From Pseudomonadota bacterium (GTDB lineage: Bacteria; Myxococcota_A; UBA796; SXON01), in NCBI GenBank assembly GCA_039800105.1, contig JBDLRI010000078.1, positions 6,469 to 70,468 of the forward strand: 64,000 nt of DNA. Reading direction: 5' to 3'. The translations under genes and the position numbers were made by a program. Below the pieces are notes generated by a model, which searched no databases, was not told the DNA's origin, and was given only the letters and a program-made list of their open reading frames with translations. This document shows positions 27,036 to 36,763 of the stretch, piece by piece (the stretch's first letter is position 1; each line of letters begins with the position of its first letter).

Positions 27036-28487
27036 ATGGGCATCACCCTCCTCAACCCGCCGGAGAAGCGGCGCGTGTGGGCCGGCATCGCCGAGAGCAT
27101 GAGCTACGGGGTGTACTGCTTCCCCCCCCTCGGGCTCATGTACCTCCAGGCCAGCCTGGAGCGACGCACGTCCCATCGTGCGGAGATCTACGACGCCGTC
27201 GTCGACGACCTCGATCACCCCGACTTCGAGGCCGGCCTCGCGCGCTACGACCTCGACGTGGTGGGAATCAGCGCCTACACGCACTCGCTGCCGGACGTGC
27301 AGCTCTCCATCGACGCCGTTCGGCGCCGCAACCCCCGCGCGCACATCGTGCTCGGCGGGCCACACCCCATCATGTTCCCCGAGTACGCCATCGGCCTGCG
27401 CGGGGTCGACAGCATCTGCACCGGCGACGGCGACGAGGTGATCCTCGACCTCGTGGACGCCCTCGACCGGGGACGCAGCCTCGAGGGCGTGGGCGGCCTC
27501 TGGTTCAAGGACCGCGACGGCACCGTGGTACGGAACGCCCCCCGCACCGAGTCGCGCAGTCTATCCGGCCAGGTGTGGCCCGACCGGAGCCGTACCCGCT
27601 ACCGCGACTACTGGGTGCCGGGCGCCAAGCAGCCGCTCGTGACGACGGCCATCACCTCCAAGGGCTGCCCGCACTCCTGCCCGTTCTGCTTCACCTACAA
27701 GAAGCAGTACCGCGTGCGCGACGTGGACGACATCCTCGACGAGATGGAGCACTGCGTCGGGCTCGGCATCACCGAGGTCTTCTTCGTCGACGACCTGTTC
27801 ACGCCGAACTCGCAGTGGGCCATGAAGTTCTGCGACGGCATCGAGCGTCGCGGGCTGAAGTTCCAGTGGGGCTACAAGACTACCATCGCGGGGACCACGC
27901 GCGAGCAGATCCGGCGCTGCCGCGAGGCCGGTTGCACGAAGATGCATTTCGGGGTCGAGAGCATGCACAACGACGGCCTCGAGGTGCACGACAAGCACTG
28001 CGACACCGACGACTGCCACCGCGTGTTCCGCTGGTGCCGCGAGGAGGGCGTCCGAAGCGTCGCGTACATCATGATCGGCGGGCCGCACGAACGTACGCGC
28101 CAGGACGTCGAGGCGAACCTCGGGGAGATGCTCAAGCTCGACGCGGACTACGCCGCCTTCGCCATCTACACCCCGTACCCGGGCACGGAGTCCTTCGAGC
28201 GCGGGGCCCAACTGGGGCTGTACCCGGCGGATTGCTGGGACCGGCTCATGAAGGACCCGCTCTGCGGCGCCAAGGTGCCGGTGTGCTGGGAGGAGCACCT
28301 GCGCCGGGACGAGCTGCTCGAGCTCCTCAAGCTTTGCCACCGTCGCTTCTACTTCCGGCCGCGCTTCGTCGCGCGGCAGCTCCGGCACGTCGCCAGTCCG
28401 CAGGAGCTGCGGCGCCTCGTGGACGGCGCGCTGAGCCTCGTCAAGCTCGAGCTGACGCCCAGCACGAGCGCAGACGCGCCGGTCTGA
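27036..28487 (+). CDS. B12-binding-domain radical SAM protein (class B)
   Basis: N-terminal Rossmann-like B12 domain (DVVGISAYTHS...IVLGGPHP) and CX3CX2C in TSKGCPHSCPFCF. ATG 27036 preferred over GTG 27003. Confidence 0.8.
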   Translation: MGITLLNPPEKRRVWAGIAESMSYGVYCFPPLGLMYLQASLERRTSHRAEIYDAVVDDLDHPDFEAGLARYDLDVVGISAYTHSLPDVQLSIDAVRRRNPRAHIVLGGPHPIMFPEYAIGLRGVDSICTGDGDEVILDLVDALDRGRSLEGVGGLWFKDRDGTVVRNAPRTESRSLSGQVWPDRSRTRYRDYWVPGAKQPLVTTAITSKGCPHSCPFCFTYKKQYRVRDVDDILDEMEHCVGLGITEVFFVDDLFTPNSQWAMKFCDGIERRGLKFQWGYKTTIAGTTREQIRRCREAGCTKMHFGVESMHNDGLEVHDKHCDTDDCHRVFRWCREEGVRSVAYIMIGGPHERTRQDVEANLGEMLKLDADYAAFAIYTPYPGTESFERGAQLGLYPADCWDRLMKDPLCGAKVPVCWEEHLRRDELLELLKLCHRRFYFRPRFVARQLRHVASPQELRRLVDGALSLVKLELTPSTSADAPV

Positions 28488-28488
28488 C

Positions 28489-29577
28489 GTGCGGCGGGCC
28501 GCCGCGCTGGCCGGGGGACTCGCGATCGCGCTGGCACTCATGGAGGGGGCGGCGCGGTGGGCCGGCCCACCTCCGGGGCCCGCAGCCGTGCCGCTGCTCC
28601 GGGGAGGTCTGACCGCGCCCGGGGAGCACCGCCTCCGCACGTCGGAGTTCGACGTCACCGTCCACGTGAACGCCGACGGCTTCGTGGACCGTGACTGGCA
28701 CGGGACGTCCGCATCCGACGTCGCCGGACCGCGCCGGGTCATGCTCATCGGCGACTCCTTCGTACAGGCCGCCCAGGTCCCGCTCGAAGCCGGGTGGGGG
28801 CGGCGCCTCGAGCAGGCCGCGGGAGACGCGGGGGGAGCCGCCGTGGAGGTGCGCTCGCTGGGGGTGCCCGGCGCCGGCACGGCCACCGCGCTGGAGCTGC
28901 TGTCCCGCTACGGTCCCGCGTACCGCCCCGACGTGGTCCTGCTGGCGTTTCTCGTCGCCAACGACGTGCTCAACAACCACCCGCTGCTGGAGGAGAAGGA
29001 CGACAAGCCCTTCTACACGCTGCAGGCGGGGCGGCTCGTGCGCACCGACGCGCTCACCCGCGCGAGCGTCCTGCCTCGATGGCTCGCACGCAGCGCCGCC
29101 GCCACGTGGGGATGGCGTGCCTGGAACGCGCGTCGCAGGGTCGCCGCGAAGGTGGCCCATGGCCGCGGGATGCCCATCGATCTGCGGGTGCATGACCCGG
29201 CGTCCAGCCCCGTGTGGGAGGAAGCGTGGGCGGTGTCCGAGGCGCTGGTGGCCGCGATGTCCGGGCGTGCCCGGGCGATGGGGGCACGGTTCGGTGTCCT
29301 CCTCGTGCCCGATGGTCCGATGTCGAATGACCGCGACCGTGACCGTGCCACGGCACGATGGCCCGCGGCGGCGGGATGGGACTTCGGCGCGGCCCAGCGT
29401 CGCGCGCAGGCGATGGCGGGACGACACGCGCCGACCTGCGACCTCCTGCCGGCGCTGCACGGTTCGCCCGAGAGCTACTTCGCGCTGGACGGCCACTGGA
29501 CCACGGAGGGCCACGCGCGCGCGGCGCGGGCCACCGCCGCGTGCCTGGCGGCGTGGCAGCGTGAACGGCCCGACTAG
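28489..29577 (+). CDS. SGNH/GDSL-type hydrolase or acyltransferase (AlgX/AlgJ-like)
   Basis: GTG start 1 nt after the rSAM stop. Block I VMLIGDSFV and a late DGHWT (DxxH-type) block; N-terminal TM/signal. Its TAG stop lies inside the left inverted repeat of the 29574-29775 element. Confidence 0.6.
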   Translation: MRRAAALAGGLAIALALMEGAARWAGPPPGPAAVPLLRGGLTAPGEHRLRTSEFDVTVHVNADGFVDRDWHGTSASDVAGPRRVMLIGDSFVQAAQVPLEAGWGRRLEQAAGDAGGAAVEVRSLGVPGAGTATALELLSRYGPAYRPDVVLLAFLVANDVLNNHPLLEEKDDKPFYTLQAGRLVRTDALTRASVLPRWLARSAAATWGWRAWNARRRVAAKVAHGRGMPIDLRVHDPASSPVWEEAWAVSEALVAAMSGRARAMGARFGVLLVPDGPMSNDRDRDRATARWPAAAGWDFGAAQRRAQAMAGRHAPTCDLLPALHGSPESYFALDGHWTTEGHARAARATAACLAAWQRERPD

Positions 29578-29775
29578 CAGGCTGCTGAAAAACCATCACC
29601 GGCTGCGGCGGCGCCCCGCGCTACTGCGTCCGACGTGCTCGCCTGCGACTCGCTCGACCTGGCTTCGGCCATGCCTTCGCTCGTCTCGGCTCCGCGCGCC
29701 GCCCTCGTGACGCGCCGGGCTTGCCTCGCTCGGCGCTGGCAGGGAGGGCCAGGGCCTTTTTCAGCAGCCTGCTAG
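29574..29775. mobile_element. MITE-like element with perfect 19-bp terminal inverted repeats and TA flanks
   Basis: CTAGCAGGCTGCTGAAAAA (29574-29592) is the exact reverse complement of TTTTTCAGCAGCCTGCTAG (29757-29775). The 164-bp G/C-rich core has no credible ORF. Sits between two convergent genes. Confidence 0.5.
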
Positions 29776-29945
29776 GCGGCGTCGCGGGCGGGGGTGCGCT
29801 TCGGGCCGGTCCGCGCCTGGGACGCCCAGTCCTGGATGAGGGTGGAGGTCGCCAGCGCGGCGAGCTCCGGATCGCCATGGACGGCGAGCATGCGCGCGTA
29901 GATGGCGTGGACAACGTCTCCGACCTGCAGCGTTCGACGGGTCAT
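29772..29945 (-). CDS. hypothetical small protein (57 aa)
   Basis: Strong RBS GGAGGAG 7 nt upstream of ATG 29945 and good GC3. Its stop TAG lies inside the right inverted repeat. The longer track ORF (to 30134) lacks an RBS. Confidence 0.45.
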   Translation of the reverse strand: MTRRTLQVGDVVHAIYARMLAVHGDPELAALATSTLIQDWASQARTGPKRTPARDAA

Positions 29946-30046
29946 CGAGGGCTCCTCCGGCGGGCGTGTGCCTGCCTTCTTCATCATGGACACCGTTCGC
30001 ACCGGCCGCTGTAAGGCTTCGTCACCGACGGTCGGGGCGGGTCCCG

Positions 30047-30697
30047 TCACGCCGCGAGGAGGCGGCCCCGCGCGGCCGCGACGACCAGGAGGTCCACCCG
30101 TGCGGCCCCGGCCTGCAGGAGCACCGAGGCGCACCCGTCCGCCGTGGTGCCCGTGGTGAGCACGTCATCCACGAGCAGCACCCGGCCCGAGGGTGCGGCC
30201 CGCGTCCGCCAGCGTGTCGTGGGGTCGTCGGCCCGTTCGCGGCGGGTCCGTCCCGCCTGTGCGCGCAAGCCCACGCGCCGAAGGGCGTCGACCCGCGGTG
30301 CACCGATCGTGGCGGCCGTCGCGTGCGCGAGGATCGCGGGCAGGGAGGCGCCGCGTGCCCAGGTGCGAAGCGGGTGCGACGGGACCGGGACCACCGCGTC
30401 GTACAGCCCCGCCAGCGGTGCTGCGGCGCGGGCCAGTCGCTCGGCGAGCATGTGGCCGGTGGCCTCGTCGCGTCCGTACTTTGCGGTGCGGACCAGCTGT
30501 CCGGGCAGGCCTGCGTAGTCCCCGAGGGTCCACGCGCCGCCGCAGCACGCGGGTGCCTGTGGAAGCCGTTCCAGTCGCGACGGGAGCTGAGCGTCGCACG
30601 CCTCGCACACGCGCGCGTCCGGTGCGGTCGGGGTTTCGTCCACCGCGTCGCAGGCCACGCAGCGGGTCGCGTCGAGGGCGGCCAGCCAGGAGAGCAT
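30047..30697 (-). CDS. comF: ComF-family phosphoribosyltransferase-fold protein
   Basis: N-terminal Cys pairs (CVAC...CEAC) and PRPP-binding loop VLLVDDVLTTGTT. ATG 30697 inside ORF 30047..31594. Confidence 0.75.
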   Translation of the reverse strand: MLSWLAALDATRCVACDAVDETPTAPDARVCEACDAQLPSRLERLPQAPACCGGAWTLGDYAGLPGQLVRTAKYGRDEATGHMLAERLARAAAPLAGLYDAVVPVPSHPLRTWARGASLPAILAHATAATIGAPRVDALRRVGLRAQAGRTRRERADDPTTRWRTRAAPSGRVLLVDDVLTTGTTADGCASVLLQAGAARVDLLVVAAARGRLLAA

Positions 30698-30726
30698 GCG
30701 GGAGCCTAGGCACGCGCCCGCGCGCG

Positions 30727-31554
30727 TCAACCCGTGCCGGCCACCGGGCGCGGACGCGCGGGCGGCCGCCGCAGCACGGACGGCCTGCGTACGGGGACCG
30801 CGATCCTCGCGTCGTCGCGGTCGGGATGGATCGGGGCATCCAACTGCACGTCCTGGACCATGACCGTGCGTACGAGGCGCAGCGTCCCGTCGTCCAGGCG
30901 GACGACGCGTTGACGGGTGCTCTCGACCTGGAGGCGCCCGCCGCGTGGCGGGGCCGCCCACCAGGGCAGCGTGGCACCGTCGGCACGCGCGCCGCACACC
31001 ATGCTGCCCGAGGGGCCTCGCGCGCGCACGCGCACCACGTCCACCGTGCGGGAATCCCAAGTCACCCGTGCGCCGCCGTCCGGGACGCGCACCGCACGGC
31101 TGATCGCGGGCACGGGGCCCAGACGGATCGCCCCGGTCTCCACGGCGCTGTCCCCCGCGTCGCCCTTCCGCACCAGATCCGCGACGGCCCAGGCCGGGTC
31201 CCGCAGCGTGCCGTGCGCGGACCACCCGTCGCCGGACGACACCCAGGTCGCCGTCAGCGCGCCTGTACTCGCCACGGAGGTCCACCGTCCGTGGCGGCGT
31301 TGGCGCGCCCCGGGCGTCGTGTCGGGTGCCGCGTCGGGTGCTGCGATGCAGTTGTCCGCCGGCAGGGGGTCGTGCGCCGCGAGGTCCTCGACCGTCCGGA
31401 GCGTGCGCAGGGAGGCGCGCCACGTGGCGCGTGCCCCGTTCACGCCGGGCATGACCTCCACGTCCAGCACCTCGGAAAGTCCGGCGTGGCGCGTCGTTCC
31501 GGACGCCGGTCCGGCGGGGACGCACGCCAGCAGGGCGAAGACGAGGAGGAGCAC
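30727..31554 (-). CDS. hypothetical lipoprotein
   Basis: GTG 31554 preceded by AGGAGG at 6-nt spacing; lipobox VLLLVFALLAC. The longer track ORF would run through the tRNA gene. Confidence 0.55.
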   Translation of the reverse strand: MLLLVFALLACVPAGPASGTTRHAGLSEVLDVEVMPGVNGARATWRASLRTLRTVEDLAAHDPLPADNCIAAPDAAPDTTPGARQRRHGRWTSVASTGALTATWVSSGDGWSAHGTLRDPAWAVADLVRKGDAGDSAVETGAIRLGPVPAISRAVRVPDGGARVTWDSRTVDVVRVRARGPSGSMVCGARADGATLPWWAAPPRGGRLQVESTRQRVVRLDDGTLRLVRTVMVQDVQLDAPIHPDRDDARIAVPVRRPSVLRRPPARPRPVAGTG

Positions 31555-31668
31555 GCACGACCTCCTGCATCCATCGTGCCCGGCCTTGACGCATCCGTCC
31601 AGCAAATCCGCCCGCCGGCCGGATTTCGGTTGCCTCGTCGCGGGGTACTTGTTACCCGGGCTGCGCTT

Positions 31669-31743
31669 GCGGGAATAGCTCAGCGGTAGAGCACAACCTT
31701 GCCAAGGTTGGGGTCGCGGGTTCAAATCCCGTTTCCCGCTCCA
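31669..31743 (+). tRNA. tRNA-Gly (anticodon GCC), CCA encoded
   Basis: GCGGGAA acceptor pairs with TTCCCGC. D-arm GCTC/GAGC; anticodon stem CAACC/GGTTG with loop TTGCCAA; T-arm GCGGG-TTCAAAT-CCCGT; U73 discriminator; CCA. Confidence 0.92.
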
Positions 31744-31744
31744 C

Positions 31745-31776
31745 CTTCGCGCCCTTCGGGGCGCGAAGTCGTTTTT
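31745..31776 (+). terminator. intrinsic terminator after tRNA-Gly
   Basis: 10-bp stem CTTCGCGCCC/GGGCGCGAAG closing a TTCG tetraloop, followed by TCGTTTTT. The only stem-plus-T-tract terminator I found in the window. Confidence 0.8.
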
Positions 31777-31813
31777 GGGATACGGGCGTCGCGTGGGACG
31801 GTGGTCGTACGCC

Positions 31814-32878
31814 ATGGGTCGCCTGTTCGGGGACGACCTCGCGGTGCGCGTCCGCGACGGCCGTGCCGACCCACGGCGCGCCCTTCTCCACGCGCAGGCC
31901 CACGTGCGGCGCGCGGGAGCGTGGGCCATCGGGATGCGGGGCGACCCGACCGCGCTGTCGGCGCTGTCTGACGCCCTCTCGCGCGAATGGACCGGCAACG
32001 GCACGCTCGCGCTTGCGGTCGCGGCGACCCGGTGCGGCGCCGATGCGGGGCCGCTGCGGGCGATGCTGCGCGCGCGCGAGGCCTGGCGCGTTCCCACGCC
32101 GGATGGATGGCGCATGCCGCACGCCGTGGTGCCACTGGACCTCGTCGACCGCTTTGACGCCGCGGTGGCGACGGATCTCGGCGCCCCGGGGGGCGGAGGT
32201 TCGCGTGCGGAGGTCCTGGCGCGGGCGGCACGCGGCATGCCCGGGGACCGGGACGGCCTGGTGGCCATGGCGCGCGGCGGTGCCCGGCGGGAGGGCCACC
32301 TGGGCCTGCAGGCGCTCGGGATCCACGGCGATCCACGCAGCGTCGCGGAGCTCCGGACGGCCCTCGAGGCACTCGACGTCGATCCGGGGCGCGGCTTCGC
32401 GTGGCGCCGCCTCGCGGCCGCGGGACTCGGTCGGATCGGCGATGCGCGTGCACTCCCGTGGTTGCTCGACGCCCTGCAGGCCGAGCGTCGTGATCACGAG
32501 GGCCGTCCGGGCGCCGGGCTCGGGATCCAGGCGCCCGTGCGCGCGGAGATGCTGCTCGCGATCGGGGAATTGGGAGATGTCCGGGCCGTGCCCGCGCTCC
32601 TCGGCGCGCTCGGCGACGCGACGGGTTCGGCGACGGGGGGGCTCTACCTTCCCGCGTGTGCCGGCCTTCGTGCCCTCGGCCCCGCCATCCTGCCCGCGTT
32701 GCGCGCGACGATCGACGACCCGGCCGCGCCACCCCTGCGGGCCGGGCACGCCGTCGGTCTGCTGCACGTCCTGGGTGTCGACATCGGTGCGTGGTCCACG
32801 GATCCGCGCGGGTCCGTGCGTCTCACGGTGGAGGTGGCGCGTACCCCGGACGAGGGCGGGCCATGGGCGGCGACATGA
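31814..32878 (+). CDS. HEAT-repeat protein
   Basis: ATG 31814; the TTG at 31775 lies inside the terminator T-tract. Repeats of type GDPRSV..L..AL, GDARALPWLLDAL and GDVRAVPALLGAL. Confidence 0.6.
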   Translation: MGRLFGDDLAVRVRDGRADPRRALLHAQAHVRRAGAWAIGMRGDPTALSALSDALSREWTGNGTLALAVAATRCGADAGPLRAMLRAREAWRVPTPDGWRMPHAVVPLDLVDRFDAAVATDLGAPGGGGSRAEVLARAARGMPGDRDGLVAMARGGARREGHLGLQALGIHGDPRSVAELRTALEALDVDPGRGFAWRRLAAAGLGRIGDARALPWLLDALQAERRDHEGRPGAGLGIQAPVRAEMLLAIGELGDVRAVPALLGALGDATGSATGGLYLPACAGLRALGPAILPALRATIDDPAAPPLRAGHAVGLLHVLGVDIGAWSTDPRGSVRLTVEVARTPDEGGPWAAT

Positions 32879-33297
32879 CCCGGGAATCCGATGTGGTCGC
32901 TCCCGACGATCCCGATCTGGCGGCGGGACTCGACGCCTGGGCCGATGGACGCTGGTTCGCGGCCCATGAGCACTTCGAGGTGCGGTGGCGGCGCACGCCG
33001 CACGGGCCGGATCGACACGCGCTGCAGGCGCTCGTGCAGTGCGCCGTGGCGCTCGAGCACGCGCGACGGGGGCATCCGCGCGCGGCGCTCGGCCAGTGGA
33101 CCAAGGCACTCGGCCACCTGTCGCGGGTTCCGGACCGTGCGTCGTGGGCCGGGCTGGACCTCGTGGCGCTCGAGCGGGACCTTGCCGCGTTCTGGGCGGG
33201 GGTGGATCTCGAGGGCGCGGTGCGGTCGCACGAAGCGGGGGTGCCGTGGAGATTGCCGGACGCGCCGGTGCCGCCTCGTCCCCGTGGATCGCGGTGA
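32875..33297 (+). CDS. DUF309-domain protein
   Basis: ATGA overlap with the HEAT gene stop. GRWFAAHEHFEVRW...LQALVQCAVALEHARRGHPRAA matches the DUF309 helix-pair motif. Alternative start ATG 32863. Confidence 0.65.
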   Translation: MTRESDVVAPDDPDLAAGLDAWADGRWFAAHEHFEVRWRRTPHGPDRHALQALVQCAVALEHARRGHPRAALGQWTKALGHLSRVPDRASWAGLDLVALERDLAAFWAGVDLEGAVRSHEAGVPWRLPDAPVPPRPRGSR

Positions 33298-33314
33298 CGC
33301 TCCGGGAACGGAGG

Positions 33315-34652
33315 TCATCCGCGTCGTTTGCGGCCCCCGACCCACACCTCCCGGACGAGCGCCGGGCCGCCCGCGAACACGATCGCCGGGAGCACCGCCG
33401 CATCCGCGAGGGACGGGTGCGTCAGGTCGAGGGCGATGAGGTCCGCGAGCTGCCCGGGGGCGAGGGTGCCGGCCTCCAGACCGAGCTGCTCGGCGCCGAT
33501 CCGGGTGCCCATGGCGATCAGGCGCGCCGCGAGGCCGTCGGGCTCGGGTGCGTGCCGCAGCACGTTGCGGCGGCCTGCCTGGGCCCGCGCGTGCCATTCC
33601 AGCGCGCGAAGCTCCGCGAACGGGTCGATGAGCGCGTGGCTGTCGCTGCCGATGGAGACGCGGGGCGGGCCGGACGCGGGGTCGCAATCCAGCGATTGCA
33701 GGGGCAGGAACCCGTCGCCGAGGTCCAGCTCGGTGCTCGGGCAGGCGCACACGCCCGCGCCGCTGCGCCGCAGGCGGGAGATCTCGTCCGCGTCGGGATG
33801 GGTGAGGTGCACGGCCGTGAAGCTCGGGTCCAGCAGACCTGCGTCGTCGAACACCTGCAGGGGTCGCCGGCCGTACTCCGCGAGACAGGCCGCGATCTCG
33901 CCCGGCTGCTCGTCCACGTGGGCGTGCACCGGTCCCTCGATGCCGGCGCGGGCGAAGGTCTCCAGCCACGCCTTCGGGACGGCACGGACGCTGTGCGGCG
34001 CGAGACCCGCGCGGATGCCGCGCGCGCGCAGGCGGGCGAGGGCCGCGAGCACCTCGTCCGGGTCCCGGTCGAGGAAGCGTCGCTGCAACGGGTTCTCGGC
34101 GACGCCGAAACCTGCGCGGGCGTACGCCACGCGCAGGAGCACGATGCGGATTCCGACGCGCTCGGCGGCGGCGTTCACCCGCAGCGCCAGTTCGTCGGGA
34201 TCGGCGTAGCGCGTGCCGTCGGGGGCATGATGGAGGTAGTGGAACTCGCCGACGCTCGTGTACCCGGCGGCCAGCATTTCGGAGAACGCCCGCGCGCTCG
34301 CGGCCTCCAGCGCGTCGGGATCCAGCGCGTTCGCCAGCGCGTACATGTGCGTACGCCAGGTCCAGAAGTCGTCGGTGTCCTCGCTGGCGTGCTGGACGTG
34401 GCCGCGCAGTCCGCGCTGGAAGGCGTGGCTGTGGGCGTTGACGAACCCGGGCAGCAGGGCGCGCCCGTGGAGCCGCTCGAGGGGCGCCCCGGTACGCGCG
34501 GCCTCGGCGCGCGCGACGTCGAAGGGAACCACCGCGGCGATGCGCGTGCCCTCGAGGCCGACCGCGCGATCCGCGACGAGGTGCTGGCCGTCGAACACCG
34601 AGTCCGGAAGCAGCCAGCGGGAGGCGGACGCCGCGGGGCTCGGGGATTGCAC
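33315..34652 (-). CDS. amidohydrolase-superfamily deiminase, formimidoylglutamate deiminase (HutF)-like
   Basis: LLPGFVNAHSHAFQRGLRG metal-binding HxH motif and 445-aa length fit HutF/guanine-deaminase-type enzymes. No other hut genes nearby. Confidence 0.6.
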   Translation of the reverse strand: MQSPSPAASASRWLLPDSVFDGQHLVADRAVGLEGTRIAAVVPFDVARAEAARTGAPLERLHGRALLPGFVNAHSHAFQRGLRGHVQHASEDTDDFWTWRTHMYALANALDPDALEAASARAFSEMLAAGYTSVGEFHYLHHAPDGTRYADPDELALRVNAAAERVGIRIVLLRVAYARAGFGVAENPLQRRFLDRDPDEVLAALARLRARGIRAGLAPHSVRAVPKAWLETFARAGIEGPVHAHVDEQPGEIAACLAEYGRRPLQVFDDAGLLDPSFTAVHLTHPDADEISRLRRSGAGVCACPSTELDLGDGFLPLQSLDCDPASGPPRVSIGSDSHALIDPFAELRALEWHARAQAGRRNVLRHAPEPDGLAARLIAMGTRIGAEQLGLEAGTLAPGQLADLIALDLTHPSLADAAVLPAIVFAGGPALVREVWVGGRKRRG

Positions 34653-34654
34653 GC

Positions 34655-35620
34655 TCAGAGTGCCTTCAGCAGCGCCTCGCGCACCGACGCCACGGTCGCG
34701 GTGCCGCCCATGTCCACCGTGTGCAGGCCCCCGGTGAGGCAGGTTTCGACGGCGCGACGGATACGCGCACCCGCGTCGGCGTTTCCGAGGTGCGACGCGA
34801 GCTGCCCTGCCAGGAGGACGAAGGGGTACGGGTTCGCCGCGCCTTCGGCGTCGCGCCCGCAGCCGTACGCGGTCTCGAACAGCGTCACGTCCGGGCCGAG
34901 GCTCGTGCCGATCGCCACGGTGGGGCCGCCCGCCATGCCGGCGGCACAGTCGCTGACGATGTCACCGAAGAGGTTGCCGCACACCAGGACGTCGAAGTCG
35001 CGCGGGCGACGGACGAACTTCATGCACAGCGCGTCGACGATCACGTCGTCGTGGCGGATCTCGGGGTGCTTCGCCGCCACCTCGCGCCCCACCGAGAGGA
35101 ACAGCCCATCCGCCTTCTTCATGATGTTGGCCTTGTGGACCGTCGTGACGCGACCGCGCCCGTGGGCCTTGGCGTAGGCGAACGCGAAGTTCGTGATGCG
35201 CTCGCAGGCGGCGCGCGTCGTGACCTTGACGCTCTCGAACACGCCGGCGGTGCTCTGGTGCTCGAAGCCGCTGTAGATGTCCTCGGACGCCTCGCGGATG
35301 ATGACGACGTCGGTCTCCGGCGCGCGGGCCGGAAGCCCCGGGACGTGCTTCACGTGGCGGACGATCGTGTGGACACCCAGCTCCTTGCGGAGCTGCAGGC
35401 TCGGCGGCAGCTTCCCGACGCGCACGGGGGCCGCGAGGGCGCCCTTGAGCGCCACGCCTGTCCGACGGACGGAGGCCGCGGCACCCGACACGTCGAGGTC
35501 GGTGCACGGCTGGACGTCCCACTGGACCTGCACGCCGGCGTGGGCCAGCACCTCGCGGGCGATCTCCGCGAGCGCGGGGCCCGCGCCGCTGCCGGGGATG
35601 AGCGTGACTTCGTGCGACAT
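34655..35620 (-). CDS. isocitrate/isopropylmalate dehydrogenase-family protein, NAD-IDH (IDH3)-like subunit
   Basis: VHKANIMKKADGLF and NLFGDIVSD motifs; 321 aa. Lies 9 nt downstream of a second family member. Confidence 0.75.
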   Translation of the reverse strand: MSHEVTLIPGSGAGPALAEIAREVLAHAGVQVQWDVQPCTDLDVSGAAASVRRTGVALKGALAAPVRVGKLPPSLQLRKELGVHTIVRHVKHVPGLPARAPETDVVIIREASEDIYSGFEHQSTAGVFESVKVTTRAACERITNFAFAYAKAHGRGRVTTVHKANIMKKADGLFLSVGREVAAKHPEIRHDDVIVDALCMKFVRRPRDFDVLVCGNLFGDIVSDCAAGMAGGPTVAIGTSLGPDVTLFETAYGCGRDAEGAANPYPFVLLAGQLASHLGNADAGARIRRAVETCLTGGLHTVDMGGTATVASVREALLKAL

Positions 35621-35629
35621 CGGGCGCTC

Positions 35630-36628
<999 letters not shown>

Positions 36629-36763
36629 GAAGCCTCCAGCGCGGCATCTATCGCACGCCCTGCACGCGCGCGACCCGTCGCCCGGGGCGCGTTTGACACG
36701 GCGTGACCCCCGCGTGCGGCGGCCGCGCGCTACATGTCGGCCGCTGCGTGCAGGAGTCGTTCC

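Noticed and set aside
31775-31813. TTG start of the track ORF 31775..32878
   Set aside because: The codon sits in the T-tract of the tRNA terminator, so ATG 31814 is used instead.
31669-33300. tRNA-Gly as an integration site for a prophage or island
   Set aside because: There is no integrase, no duplicated tRNA 3' end downstream that I could find, and no compositional shift. The flanking genes (HEAT, DUF309, deiminase) look chromosomal.
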